Source: Eubacteriales bacterium
GTDB lineage: Bacteria > Bacillota > Clostridia > Saccharofermentanales > DTU023
Assembly: GCA_030532065.1 (NCBI GenBank)
Contig: JAUNLW010000001.1
Coordinates: forward strand, 587,853-651,852
Reading direction: 5' to 3'
DNA: 64,000 nt
Of the stretch, positions 18,544 to 28,166 are shown in pieces (positions within the stretch are counted from its first letter, which is position 1; each line of letters begins with the position of its first letter). A program made the translations under genes and the position numbers. The notes under the pieces were generated by a model, which was not told where the DNA came from, ran no database searches, and worked only from the letters and a program-made list of their open reading frames with translations.

Positions 18544-20031
18544 TTATGCGTGCGTAGGATCTACTGGCCGCTGCTCTGTGAGCAGGGTGTGCTTTAAGTC
18601 CCACAATTCCTGTGATAAGTCTACATAGTAGGACTGAGGGTTGTCAAAGCGTTTGATGGAGTCCCACAGGGTTTCCAACTCGTGATCACAACGCTGGCGG
18701 ATAGCCTCTAAGCTGGGCATTTCGGCAACTAATTCACCTCTTACAAAAATAGGCTGTAAGAGCCTAACTACTCGAAAATTAGTCAAAGTTTTCTGTTTCC
18801 AAGTATGAAGCGGATGGAAGATGGTAATTGGCTTACTTGCGTCGATTGTTTCATGTTCCAGAGTGATAAGGTCCGCAAGAGCATGTCCATTATCCAGATC
18901 ATAGAAACGCCATACTTCCTTATTGCCCGGGTTGGTTATCTTTTCTGGGTTATCAGAAAACTTCATTCTGGGAATGAGTTGACCGTTTTCTTCAACTGCC
19001 GAGAGCTTGTAAACGCCGCTGAAAACCGGCTCCTGCTTCGAAGTAATTAGCCTCTCGCCCACACCGAAGCTGTCTACAGGCGCTCCCTGGCGCAGCAATT
19101 CTTTGATCAAGTACTCGTCCATGGAATTACTGACTGTAATCTTACAGTCTGTAAGTCCGGCCGCATCCAACATTTTACGGCTCTCCTGAGCCAGGTAGGT
19201 TAGATCACCAGAGTCAATACGGATGGCCTTGAGACGCTTACCCATAGGAGCCAAAACTTCCAAGGCTACCTTGATAGCGTTAGGTACACCGGACTGTAAA
19301 GTTGAATAGGTATCTACCAGGAGCTGACAGTTATCGGGATAAGATTCAGCATAAGCCTTGAAAGCCTCGTATTCGCTTGGGAAGGCCTGCACCCAAGAGT
19401 GAGCCATGGTTCCCATAGGTTGAACACCAAATTGACGCGAGGCGATGGTACATGAAGTACCGGCTACACCGCCGATGTAGGCAGCTCTAGCACCTAAGAC
19501 TGAAGCGTCATAGCCCTGAGCTCTGCGCGCTCCGAACTCCATTATCGGTCTACCCTGAGCCGCTCTCACAATACGGGCAGATTTTGTGGCGATCAAGCTC
19601 TGGTGGTTTACCGTAACCAGAAGCATAGTCTCAATCATTTGAGCCTGCATAATGGGGCCCTTAACTTTGACAATAGGTTCACCCGGGAAAATCGGCATAC
19701 CTTCAGGGACCGCCCAAACGTCGCAGGAGAACTTGAAGTTGGCCAGATAATCCAGGAACTTCTCGCCGAACACATTTAAGCCGCGTAGGTATTCGACATC
19801 TTCTTTAGTAAAACTAAGGGCACTTAGATAATCCACCATTTGCTCAACGCCTGCCATAATAGCAAAGCCACCGTCTTCGGGGATTGTTCGGAAGAACAGG
19901 TCAAATACTACTTCGCGTTCGGCCAGGCCTCGCTCCAAGTAGCCGTTAGCCATGGTGAGCTCGTAGAAGTCCGTCAACATAGAGATATTGCTACGAGATA
20001 ACCAGTTATTGTCAAAAGGGATCTCTTTCAT
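18544..20031 (-). CDS. pncB: nicotinate phosphoribosyltransferase
   Basis: The protein is 495 aa. It contains TDFYELTMANGY and GTMAHSWVQ, which are typical NAPRTase motifs. Confidence 0.9.
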   Translation of the reverse strand: MKEIPFDNNWLSRSNISMLTDFYELTMANGYLERGLAEREVVFDLFFRTIPEDGGFAIMAGVEQMVDYLSALSFTKEDVEYLRGLNVFGEKFLDYLANFKFSCDVWAVPEGMPIFPGEPIVKVKGPIMQAQMIETMLLVTVNHQSLIATKSARIVRAAQGRPIMEFGARRAQGYDASVLGARAAYIGGVAGTSCTIASRQFGVQPMGTMAHSWVQAFPSEYEAFKAYAESYPDNCQLLVDTYSTLQSGVPNAIKVALEVLAPMGKRLKAIRIDSGDLTYLAQESRKMLDAAGLTDCKITVSNSMDEYLIKELLRQGAPVDSFGVGERLITSKQEPVFSGVYKLSAVEENGQLIPRMKFSDNPEKITNPGNKEVWRFYDLDNGHALADLITLEHETIDASKPITIFHPLHTWKQKTLTNFRVVRLLQPIFVRGELVAEMPSLEAIRQRCDHELETLWDSIKRFDNPQSYYVDLSQELWDLKHTLLTEQRPVDPTHA

Positions 20032-20142
20032 ACTTGCTGCCTTTCTGCACTTTGTGAAAATTGTCTGGCCCAGATCAGGCTTGTTTTGTTAGTTCCAGCC
20101 ATCTCTGCTCCTCTGGCTTTTCAATAAAGTTATGGACCTATT

Positions 20143-20994
20143 TTAGTAGCAATCACCCATAAAGGCAAAAACCTGCGGCGGGCAGAGCTCGCGCGGCGAG
20201 CAAGTCAACATTTTTTGGTAAGCAGCCTCGTCATCCTGTCCAAAAACAGTCTCCGGATAATAGACTCGCAAAAGGCTCAGGCCTTGCGGCGGCATGGTCT
20301 TACCTAAGGGCTTCCTATCCTTGGCAGCCATAGCCTTTTGGACCTCGTAAAGGCAAAGCTTTCCAAGTCCTACGTAATAGAGCGTGCCTGCTATAATGCG
20401 TACCTGATGATAAAGAAAGCCTCGCCCCAGACAGAAGATAAGTATCCAGGGGGAATTATCCGGCGCTACAATCTCCAGACGATCTATAGAACGCACAGTC
20501 CTGCGCACAACCGATCCCTGATCCATAAAAGCAGTAAAATCGTGTTCGCCTTCCAAGGTCGTGGCGAGTTCTTTCATTGGGGTGATTGCGGGGCGTTTGG
20601 GGCAATGGGTAGAAAGGTTACGCCAGAGGGCTGAGCGATTGGTATCACAATTAAGAGCATACATGTAAAGCTTTCCCACAGCCTGGAAACGGGCATCAAA
20701 ATCCGTTGCTACTGGGCGCACGTTCCTTACGGCTAGGCCCTCAGGCAGATAAGAGTTAAACACCTTGGCCATACGCTCAAAGGGTATCTTACTGGCACTA
20801 TAAAAATCAGAAACATGCCCCCAAGCCGAAACACCGGCATCAGTGCGGCTGGAGCCGCGGAATTGAACATCTTCCCCACTTAGCTTATACCAGCCTTCAC
20901 GCAGGCTCTGTTGGACACTGTGAGCGTTAGCCTGCTCCTGCCAACCATGGAAGCAGGAACCGTCATATTCACTTAGGAGAGCATAGTGCTGCAT
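20143..20994 (-). CDS. truA: tRNA pseudouridine(38-40) synthase TruA
   Basis: Motifs are YDGSCFHGWQEQ and the catalytic RTDAGVSA. The true start is ATG 20994 (MQHYALL). The ORF-track start at 21054 would overlap ecfT. Confidence 0.92.
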   Translation of the reverse strand: MQHYALLSEYDGSCFHGWQEQANAHSVQQSLREGWYKLSGEDVQFRGSSRTDAGVSAWGHVSDFYSASKIPFERMAKVFNSYLPEGLAVRNVRPVATDFDARFQAVGKLYMYALNCDTNRSALWRNLSTHCPKRPAITPMKELATTLEGEHDFTAFMDQGSVVRRTVRSIDRLEIVAPDNSPWILIFCLGRGFLYHQVRIIAGTLYYVGLGKLCLYEVQKAMAAKDRKPLGKTMPPQGLSLLRVYYPETVFGQDDEAAYQKMLTCSPRELCPPQVFAFMGDCY

Positions 20995-21011
20995 GTCGGC
21001 CTCTTTCTGAA

Positions 21012-21827
21012 CTAAGCCAGAGCTATTTTTTCCACTAGCACAATACCAACACAAAGTAGGCTAAAGCCAACAAAATAAACTATGTCCTTAGCTTGCAGCC
21101 TCAGAGGATTTAGCTTTCCACGCTTAATATCGCTGCGGTAGGCCCTGGCTTCCATAGCTTCGGCCAAAGCTTCTGCCTTGCGGAAAGAGGAGATAAATAG
21201 CGGCACCAAGATAGCCACAAAACCCTTCATTCGCTGCATAAAACCACCAGAATCATAGTTTGCTCCACGAGAACTTTGAGCTTTCATTAGGGTATCAGTT
21301 TCTTCCATAAGCGTAGGAATAAAGCGCAATGCGATCGACATCATCATACCAATATCCTGAACAGGTACCCCCACATGGCGCAGCGGGCTGATCAAGGAAG
21401 AAACCGCGCTGGATAGGTCCATGGCTGAGGTAGTGAGGCTCAAAAAAGTATTAGAAGCCAGGATCAAGGCCATTATACGAATAGACATGGTCATGGCCTG
21501 AGTGATGCTCTCCACGGAGATTTTAAACCTGCCTAATTCCACCAGAATATGATGATCTGCGCTTACCGAAAATATATTAAAAATAAAAGCAATTACTACT
21601 AAAGGTATGATCGCTCTGAGTGACCCCATCGCATCGCGCCAAGAGGTCTTTGACAGGAAGACATTAAACACAGCCACACCTGCCATAATAAGGACAGCCA
21701 GCGGATGGCGGCACATGATCACGGCCACCAAAAAGACCATTAGGGCTACAAACTTAACTCTTGGATCAAGGCGGTGAATGAAAGAATCACCAGGTATGTA
21801 TTGGCCAAAACTCGCATTCTCAAACAT
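21012..21827 (-). CDS. ecfT: ECF transporter transmembrane (T) component
   Basis: The protein is 271 aa and polytopic, of the CbiQ/EcfT family. It occupies the conserved position ecfA-ecfT-truA downstream of rplQ. Confidence 0.88.
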   Translation of the reverse strand: MFENASFGQYIPGDSFIHRLDPRVKFVALMVFLVAVIMCRHPLAVLIMAGVAVFNVFLSKTSWRDAMGSLRAIIPLVVIAFIFNIFSVSADHHILVELGRFKISVESITQAMTMSIRIMALILASNTFLSLTTSAMDLSSAVSSLISPLRHVGVPVQDIGMMMSIALRFIPTLMEETDTLMKAQSSRGANYDSGGFMQRMKGFVAILVPLFISSFRKAEALAEAMEARAYRSDIKRGKLNPLRLQAKDIVYFVGFSLLCVGIVLVEKIALA

Positions 21828-21832
21828 CGCGC

Positions 21833-23608
21833 TTACTCCTCCGATAAAGACTTGGCTGCTGCCAGATAGGGCCGTAGACAGTTTACTGCCTCTTCCTCAT
21901 CATAAAAGGCAAAGGAACATCCACTGGACTGGCTAAGAGCGCGAGAAAAGTGCAGACTCTGAGGCAGGTTTAGTGAGCTTTTAGCCAGGACTTCAGCGTG
22001 GTTAAATATCTCCTCAGGTGTTCCAATTTGCAGCACTTTACCTCTTGCTAATACAACGATACGGTCGGCCAGTCTAGCCACATCGTCCATATTGTGAGTA
22101 ACCATGACGATGGTCTTACCCTGGTCTGACAGACGTTCTACCAGCTGGAGCATACTTTCACGGGATTCCGGATCAAGGCCGGCAGCCGGCTCATCCAGGA
22201 CCAGAATCTCCGGTCCCATACTTAAAACACCGGCAATGGCAACTCTTCTTTGCTGTCCGCCTGAAAGTTCAAAGGGAGAGCGCTCTAATAGTTCGTCACT
22301 TAACTCCAAAAGCTCCTGTACTTCCTTGATACGCTTGTCGATTTCCTCTTCACTTACACCCTGCCTGGTGGGTCCAAAAGCGATATCTTCACGCACCGTG
22401 TTGGCAAACAGCTGCCGCTCAGGATATTGGAAGACCAGCCCAACGCTGCGACGAATCTCCGGTATATTGGCGTTATCGCTGGCACTGAGCCCCATAACCT
22501 TTACTGAACCTGTCTGTGGTCGGTTAAGAGCGTTAAAGTGGCCGATCAAAGTAGATTTACCTGAACCGGTATGGCCACAAATAAGCAGCTTCTCTCCCGC
22601 AAATACTTCCAGCGACACATCTTGTAAAGCCAGGTGGGAATTTGAACTTTTAGGATTATAGCGATAACTGAGATGTTCTATCTCAATTAAGGGCTTACCT
22701 TGCCCAGTAGAAAGATTCTTTGCATTCTCCATTTTAGTATCTGCGTGGAAATCATCTGGAAGTGTGCGAATTTTTCTAGATATGAGTTCGACTACTTCTG
22801 TTTCCTGGAAATTTTCCGCTCGCTCCTCAGGCGTGAAGTATTCCGCCAAGCTATCAAAGAGAGAAAGATGGAAAGGTAGGCGTAAGGCCTCCTTAGCTAT
22901 CAAATCTGCCTGAGCAAAAATTTCTTCTGGCGTTCCGTGGAGCAAGAGCGCTCCATCTTTGAGAGCTAATACTTTATCCGCTAACAGAACCTCTTCCATG
23001 TTGTGAGTAATGTTGATTAAAGTCAGGTTCTGCTGCTTACAGAGGTCAATAATAAATTGCATTAGATCAATCGAACTCTGCGGATCCAGCATGGCAGTAG
23101 CTTCATCCAGAATTATGCACTGAGGTTGCAAAGCTAAGATACCAGCTATACTGAGCTTTTGTTTTTGGCCACCAGAAAGATTGAGCGGTGAACGGGTTGC
23201 CTGATCTAATAGTCCTACCTTGCTAAGAGCATCATCTACTCTTTGGCGGATCTCAGAAGTACTTAGGCCCAGGTTTTCCGGACCAAAGGCCACATCTTCT
23301 TCCAGAGTTGAAGCAACGATCTGATCATCAGGGTTCTGAAAGACCATACCGCAAGTTTTACGGATATCATAAATATGTTCCATGCTATCCGCGGTAAGAC
23401 CCTGTACGTAAATAACGCCTTTATCGGGTAATTCCAGGGCATTACAAAGCCGCGCAAAAGTAGATTTTCCGGAACCGTTATGTCCAATTACGGCCAGATG
23501 CTCACCTTGCTTGATCTCTACGCTCAGATCATCTATAGCTTTGACATGATGTTGGCCATCACTATAGGTAAAGCTCACACCCTCAAACTCAATCATCTTC
23601 TCTGGCAT
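21833..23608 (-). CDS. ecfA: ECF transporter ATPase, fused EcfA1-EcfA2 (two ABC domains in one polypeptide)
   Basis: There are two Walker A sites (GHNGSGKST, GHTGSGKST) and two ABC signatures (LSGGQKQKLSIAG, LSGGQQRRVAIAG) in one uninterrupted frame. The start is ATG 23608, after GAGGAA. The ORF-track TTG at 23620 lies in the terminator U-tract. Confidence 0.88.
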   Translation of the reverse strand: MPEKMIEFEGVSFTYSDGQHHVKAIDDLSVEIKQGEHLAVIGHNGSGKSTFARLCNALELPDKGVIYVQGLTADSMEHIYDIRKTCGMVFQNPDDQIVASTLEEDVAFGPENLGLSTSEIRQRVDDALSKVGLLDQATRSPLNLSGGQKQKLSIAGILALQPQCIILDEATAMLDPQSSIDLMQFIIDLCKQQNLTLINITHNMEEVLLADKVLALKDGALLLHGTPEEIFAQADLIAKEALRLPFHLSLFDSLAEYFTPEERAENFQETEVVELISRKIRTLPDDFHADTKMENAKNLSTGQGKPLIEIEHLSYRYNPKSSNSHLALQDVSLEVFAGEKLLICGHTGSGKSTLIGHFNALNRPQTGSVKVMGLSASDNANIPEIRRSVGLVFQYPERQLFANTVREDIAFGPTRQGVSEEEIDKRIKEVQELLELSDELLERSPFELSGGQQRRVAIAGVLSMGPEILVLDEPAAGLDPESRESMLQLVERLSDQGKTIVMVTHNMDDVARLADRIVVLARGKVLQIGTPEEIFNHAEVLAKSSLNLPQSLHFSRALSQSSGCSFAFYDEEEAVNCLRPYLAAAKSLSEE

Positions 23609-23618
23609 ATTATTCCTC

Positions 23619-23648
23619 AAAAAAAGGGCATCCTAAGGACGCCCTTTT
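23619..23648 (-). terminator. terminator after rplQ
   Basis: On the minus strand: GGGCGTCC-TTA-GGATGCCC (one A/C mismatch) followed by TTTTTTT. It lies directly upstream of the ecfA RBS. Confidence 0.6.
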
Positions 23649-23673
23649 AATTATTGCTAGTCCCTTACTAAGA

Positions 23674-24198
23674 CTAAACGAGTTCGATACGAACAATGTT
23701 AGCACCATCGCCGCGACGAGCACCGAGCTTAATGATGCGGGTATAACCACCATTACGGTCAACATAACGAGGGGCAACCTCATTAAAGAGGTGGTTAACA
23801 GTATTAACTCTGTTGCCCTCTGCGTCTTTCATTTCTACCATGTTGGAGAGCAGTTTACGGCGCGCAGCCAGACGTGAAGGACGGTCTACCTGCACAAGTT
23901 TAGTAGTCATTTCACGCTCAACAACGTCATAGCTGGCTCCATTTTTGGAAGTTTTGCTTTGCAGCTGTTTGCGGCCCTTACTATCCAACTTGGGACGGGA
24001 TACTTCAATTTCCCTGGTATCAAAATTCTTGTGCTCTTTAACCGCCAGAGTGATCATTTTCTCTGCAATGCGTTGCACTTCTTCTGCTCTAGCAGCCGTG
24101 GTTTCCAGCTTACCGTGATACAAAAGGGATGTAACCTGATTCTTCAGAATTGCACGCCTTTGGTCGCTGGGACGGCTGAGCTTTCTATATCCAGACAT
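23674..24198 (-). CDS. rplQ: 50S ribosomal protein L17 (with ~50-aa internal insertion)
   Basis: The protein is 174 aa. It starts [17 protein letters not shown] and ends [17 protein letters not shown]. It follows rpoA. Confidence 0.95.
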   Translation of the reverse strand: MSGYRKLSRPSDQRRAILKNQVTSLLYHGKLETTAARAEEVQRIAEKMITLAVKEHKNFDTREIEVSRPKLDSKGRKQLQSKTSKNGASYDVVEREMTTKLVQVDRPSRLAARRKLLSNMVEMKDAEGNRVNTVNHLFNEVAPRYVDRNGGYTRIIKLGARRGDGANIVRIELV

Positions 24199-24229
24199 TT
24201 ATTTAAATCCTCCTAAAATACGCGCTTGC

Positions 24230-25186
24230 TTATTCGTGAATTTCTTGGGCAAGCTCCAAGCCCAACTCATCTAGCTTTAAAACTACTTCTTCTAAAGACT
24301 TCTTACCGAGATTGCGGACTTTCATCATGTCTGCCTCAGTCTTAGCAACCAGATCACCAACTGTATTGATTCCTGCGCGTTTAAGACAGTTGTAAGTCCT
24401 GACTGAAAAGTCCAGATCCTCGATAATGGTCTCATGCAAAGCGTCATGTACTTCTTCTACCGGCTCCTCTTCTTCCACTTTCTGTAACTCTTCGTGGTTA
24501 AGTACTGTGAAAGGCTTGAGGTACTCAATCAAATGCATCGCGGCGTAGTTTAAAGCGTCAGTCGTGTTCATGGTACCGTCGGTCTCAATTTCCAGAACCA
24601 GACGATCAAAGTTCGTCTGCTGGCCTACACGCGTACTCTCAACCGTGTAATTGACCTTACGTACTGGGTTGAAAATAGAGTCGATCGGAATAACGCCGAT
24701 GCTCTGATGAGGCCACTTATTCGCGTCAGCCGTGCAATAGCCCACACCGTTAGCGAAAGTTAGATCCATGTTGACACTTTCTTCGCCATTGAGGGTAAAA
24801 AGAACCAGATCATCATTCATGATCTCCAACTCATCATCATGGATGATATTGGCGGCCGTTACCGGGCCGGACTGACCTTTTTCCGTATGAATAGATACGG
24901 TCTTAGGTCCCTCAATGTGCACTCTGGACCTAATTTGCTTAATGTTCAGGATGATCTCGGTCATATCCTCAATCACGCCCGGAACCGTAGAAAATTCGTG
25001 GGACACATTAGCAACTTTGATGGCAGTAACCGCAGCTCCAGGTAAGGAAGAGAGCAAGACACGCCTTAAGGCATTGCCTATGGTAGTTCCATAACCGCGA
25101 TCCAATGGTTCAAAGGTGTACTTACCATAGAAGCCGTCATCACTGTGATTGATACATTCAATTGTCGGTACTCTTACTTCTAGCAT
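24230..25186 (-). CDS. rpoA: DNA-directed RNA polymerase alpha subunit
   Basis: The protein is 318 aa. It has an alpha NTD and a CTD with SVRTYNCLKRAGINTVGDL. Confidence 0.97.
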   Translation of the reverse strand: MLEVRVPTIECINHSDDGFYGKYTFEPLDRGYGTTIGNALRRVLLSSLPGAAVTAIKVANVSHEFSTVPGVIEDMTEIILNIKQIRSRVHIEGPKTVSIHTEKGQSGPVTAANIIHDDELEIMNDDLVLFTLNGEESVNMDLTFANGVGYCTADANKWPHQSIGVIPIDSIFNPVRKVNYTVESTRVGQQTNFDRLVLEIETDGTMNTTDALNYAAMHLIEYLKPFTVLNHEELQKVEEEEPVEEVHDALHETIIEDLDFSVRTYNCLKRAGINTVGDLVAKTEADMMKVRNLGKKSLEEVVLKLDELGLELAQEIHE

Positions 25187-25274
25187 TTTGACCTCCTTGC
25201 TTGGCGAACGATCGAGTAACTCCTAATAGCAATCCCTCAGCCCGCTCTCAGGCAGGCATCAGGCAATCGCTCTA

Positions 25275-25892
25275 TTATTTGGAGTACAGCTCTACGATCA
25301 AGGTCTCTTCCACGTTAAGGTCAACTTCCTCACGGGCAGGTAAGCTCAGTACTTTACCGGTTAAGTGATTAACGTCCATCTCCAGCCACTTGGGCACCAT
25401 GGTAGATGCTTCTAAATCAACAAAAGGAGCAATCTTCTTAGATCCTTCTCTGATGGTGATTACATCGCCTTCGTTAAGAGTTGCGGACGGAATATCCAGG
25501 CGTTTGCCATTGACCAGGAAATGGCCGTGGTTAACTAACTGACGAGCCATAGGTCTGGATTCCGCAAAACCTAAACGGTAAACAATATTATCCAAGCGGC
25601 GTTCTAATAATTGCAGCAAGTTCTCACCGGTGATACCGGGCATTTTTTCTGCTCTGGCATAGGTCAGACGGAATTGATCCTCTAATACGCCATAGAAACG
25701 CTTGGTCTTTTGCTTAGCTCTCAACTGACGGCCGTATTCTGATTCTTTGCGCCTTCTACCTTGTTGCATTCCAGGCGCGTTCTTACGACGAGCCATTGCG
25801 CATTTATTAGAATAGCAACGGTCGCCCTTGAGAAATAATTTATCGTTTTCCCTTCTGCACAGACGGCAAACGGGGTCACTATATTTTGCCAT
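25275..25892 (-). CDS. rpsD: 30S ribosomal protein S4
   Basis: The protein is 205 aa. It contains [15 protein letters not shown] and an S4 RNA-binding domain. Confidence 0.97.
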   Translation of the reverse strand: MAKYSDPVCRLCRRENDKLFLKGDRCYSNKCAMARRKNAPGMQQGRRRKESEYGRQLRAKQKTKRFYGVLEDQFRLTYARAEKMPGITGENLLQLLERRLDNIVYRLGFAESRPMARQLVNHGHFLVNGKRLDIPSATLNEGDVITIREGSKKIAPFVDLEASTMVPKWLEMDVNHLTGKVLSLPAREEVDLNVEETLIVELYSK

Positions 25893-25915
25893 GTACTTAC
25901 TCCTTTACCACAGAA

Positions 25916-26323
25916 CTAAACTCTACGACGTTTTGGGGGACGGCAGCCATTGTGAGGGATGGGAGTCACGTCACGAATAACGGTTACTTCCAGGCCTATA
26001 GTGCCTAAGGCGCGAATAGCGGATTCTCTACCTGCGCCAGGTCCCTTAACGTTTACTTCAACCGTTCTCAGACCATGTTCCATAGCTTGCCTTGCGGCAG
26101 CTTCAGATGCCAGTTGAGCAGCAAAGGGAGTGGATTTACGGGAACCCTTCATGCCTTGTCCGCCAGCGCTGGACCAGGCAATAACATTTCCCTGCATATC
26201 CGTAATAGTGACAATAGTGTTATTAAAAGTAGAATGGATGTGGACAATGCCAGCATCAATATTCTTACGGTCCCTTCTTCTGACGCGAACAGAGCGACTT
26301 GATTTCTTTGGATTTTTAGACAT
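25916..26323 (-). CDS. rpsK: 30S ribosomal protein S11
   Basis: The protein is 135 aa. It contains [18 protein letters not shown] and [14 protein letters not shown]. Confidence 0.97.
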   Translation of the reverse strand: MSKNPKKSSRSVRVRRRDRKNIDAGIVHIHSTFNNTIVTITDMQGNVIAWSSAGGQGMKGSRKSTPFAAQLASEAAARQAMEHGLRTVEVNVKGPGAGRESAIRALGTIGLEVTVIRDVTPIPHNGCRPPKRRRV

Positions 26324-26335
26324 ATCAACCTACTC

Positions 26336-26701
26336 CTATTTCTTCTTCTTCTTTAAGGGACCAGCACCTTTTCTGGTTCTGGCGTTGGTCTTAGTTCTTT
26401 GACCGCGAACAGGCAGACCCATTCTATGACGGCGGCCACGATAGGAGCCGATTTCTTGCAGGCGCTTAATATTAAGCGCTACTTCACGGCGCAAGTCGCC
26501 TTCAATATTGTAGTTAGCGTCAATATTGTCTCTGATTTTATTTAATTCTTCATCACTGAGATCCTTGACCCTGGTACTCGGGTTGACCTCACAAACTTCC
26601 AAAATTTTTTTAGCGGTGGGGCGTCCAATACCGTAAATATAGGTCAGACTAATCTCCACACGCTTATCATCGGGTATATCTACCCCAGCAATACGTGCCA
26701 T
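26336..26701 (-). CDS. rpsM: 30S ribosomal protein S13
   Basis: The protein is 121 aa. It contains [10 protein letters not shown] and [18 protein letters not shown]. Confidence 0.97.
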   Translation of the reverse strand: MARIAGVDIPDDKRVEISLTYIYGIGRPTAKKILEVCEVNPSTRVKDLSDEELNKIRDNIDANYNIEGDLRREVALNIKRLQEIGSYRGRRHRMGLPVRGQRTKTNARTRKGAGPLKKKKK

Positions 26702-26886
26702 TAAGATTCCTCCATCAATCTGAATCTGGTGTTTATTAATCTACGATCATCTATATGCAAACACGAATGTAGGAAACAACAATCTACAGATTGATGCAGC
26801 CGCATCCTGTCTCGTGTGCTTTATCAGCGAAAGCCTTTGATCAGAAGCTAATTCGCTTTTGTTACCCTCTCCGGGTCAGGTTGGTA

Positions 26887-27000
26887 TTAGCCCTGTCTTT
26901 GCTTATGCTTCGGATCAGAACAAATGACCATGACTCTACCGCGTCTTCTAATAATGCGGCATTTGCTACACATTTTCTTTACGGAAGGTCTTACCTTCAT
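26887..27000 (-). CDS. rpmJ: 50S ribosomal protein L36 (Zn-ribbon C+ form)
   Basis: It is not in the ORF track because it is under 60 aa. Hand translation of the minus strand gives [37 protein letters not shown] (37 aa). It lies between infA and rpsM, as expected. Confidence 0.93.
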   Translation of the reverse strand: MKVRPSVKKMCSKCRIIRRRGRVMVICSDPKHKQRQG

Positions 27001-27099
27001 AGCCAATACTCCCTTCATACAAATCTAAGCACACAAAACCGCGCTGGTTTTGAGCGTAGCTTCTACAGTAACACGGATCTTGCTATAAAGCAAGAAAAT

Positions 27100-27318
27100 T
27101 TATTTGGAACGCCAGGTAATACGACCTTTAGTCAGATCATAAGGCGAAAGCTCTAAAGTTACTCTATCTCCAGTTAAAATTTTGATGTAGTGTTGGCGAA
27201 GTTTGCCGGATAAATGGGCCGTTACCACGTAACCATTGTCCAACTCTACCTTAAACACTGTGTTAGGTAAAGTTTCAATCACTACACCTTGTACTTCTAT
27301 TAAATCTTCTTTGGCCAT
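27100..27318 (-). CDS. infA: translation initiation factor IF-1
   Basis: The protein is 72 aa. It contains [11 protein letters not shown] and GRITWR. Confidence 0.97.
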   Translation of the reverse strand: MAKEDLIEVQGVVIETLPNTVFKVELDNGYVVTAHLSGKLRQHYIKILTGDRVTLELSPYDLTKGRITWRSK

Positions 27319-27377
27319 ACATGCCTCCCTTCAATTAGTCTGTTGATAGTTTATCCACTTATCGGGTGGCCACGCAA

Positions 27378-28148
27378 CTATAATCTTGGCCTTTCCGGAC
27401 AAGTTAATATCTCGGGACCATCATCAGTTATCACAAAAGTGTTCTCATAATGGGATGCGGGCTTTCCATCACGAGTAATAATGGTCCATTCATCTTCAGT
27501 TAACATGATCTGTCTGGATCCTAAGGTTACCATGGGTTCAAGGCATAGCACCATACCTGCCTGCAGGCGCAGACCTTTTCCAGGGTTACCGTAATTTAAG
27601 ATCTCAGGATCTTCGTGCAGATCCTGACCAATACCGTGTCCACTCAACTCACGAATAATGCCATAACCATGGGACTCACAGTGTGCCTGTACTGCGTGAG
27701 AAATGTCACCTAAACGTTTACCAGGATAGGCATATTCCATGCCTTTCCAGAATGATTCCTCAGTAACCCTCACCAGGTTTTTTACCTCTTCTGACACATT
27801 ACCGCACAGGAAAGTACGACAGGCGTCGGAATGGTAACCGTTTAGATAGCTGCCAACGTCTACAGAAACTATATCGCCATCTTTTAGGACAACAGTATCG
27901 CTGGGAATGCCATGGACTACTTCATCATTAATAGAGATACAGGCCGCACCCGGAAAAGGCGGTTCGCCATAACCTAAAAATGAAGGAGTCGCTCCTTGAG
28001 ACCTGATCGTTTCATCAACAATACGATCAAGCTGTCCGGTAGATACACCGGGTTTTATCCAAGGCTTCACCGCTTCAAAAACTGAAGCGGTGATCAGGCA
28101 AGCCTTGCGAATGTGTTCAATTTCTTCAGGTGTTTTAAGAATGATCAC
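27378..28148 (-). CDS. map: methionine aminopeptidase type I
   Basis: The protein is 256 aa. It has pita-bread fold motifs (VVHGIP, DVG...GYHSD, GHGIG). Confidence 0.95.
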   Translation of the reverse strand: MIILKTPEEIEHIRKACLITASVFEAVKPWIKPGVSTGQLDRIVDETIRSQGATPSFLGYGEPPFPGAACISINDEVVHGIPSDTVVLKDGDIVSVDVGSYLNGYHSDACRTFLCGNVSEEVKNLVRVTEESFWKGMEYAYPGKRLGDISHAVQAHCESHGYGIIRELSGHGIGQDLHEDPEILNYGNPGKGLRLQAGMVLCLEPMVTLGSRQIMLTEDEWTIITRDGKPASHYENTFVITDDGPEILTCPERPRL

Positions 28149-28166
28149 TTAAATTACCTTACGATT

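Noticed and set aside
17100-20031. ansA-ridA-pncB as a possible functional unit (asparaginase plus imine deaminase plus NAD salvage).
   Set aside because: The genes are merely adjacent and co-directional. I know of no established pathway link, and the sequence gives no specific evidence for one. This was too speculative to report as a finding.
26791-27156. 121-aa plus-strand ORF spanning the rpsM-rpmJ-infA spacers.
   Set aside because: It is antisense to rpmJ (hand-translated, perfect L36 sequence) and to the end of infA. It has no RBS or motif.
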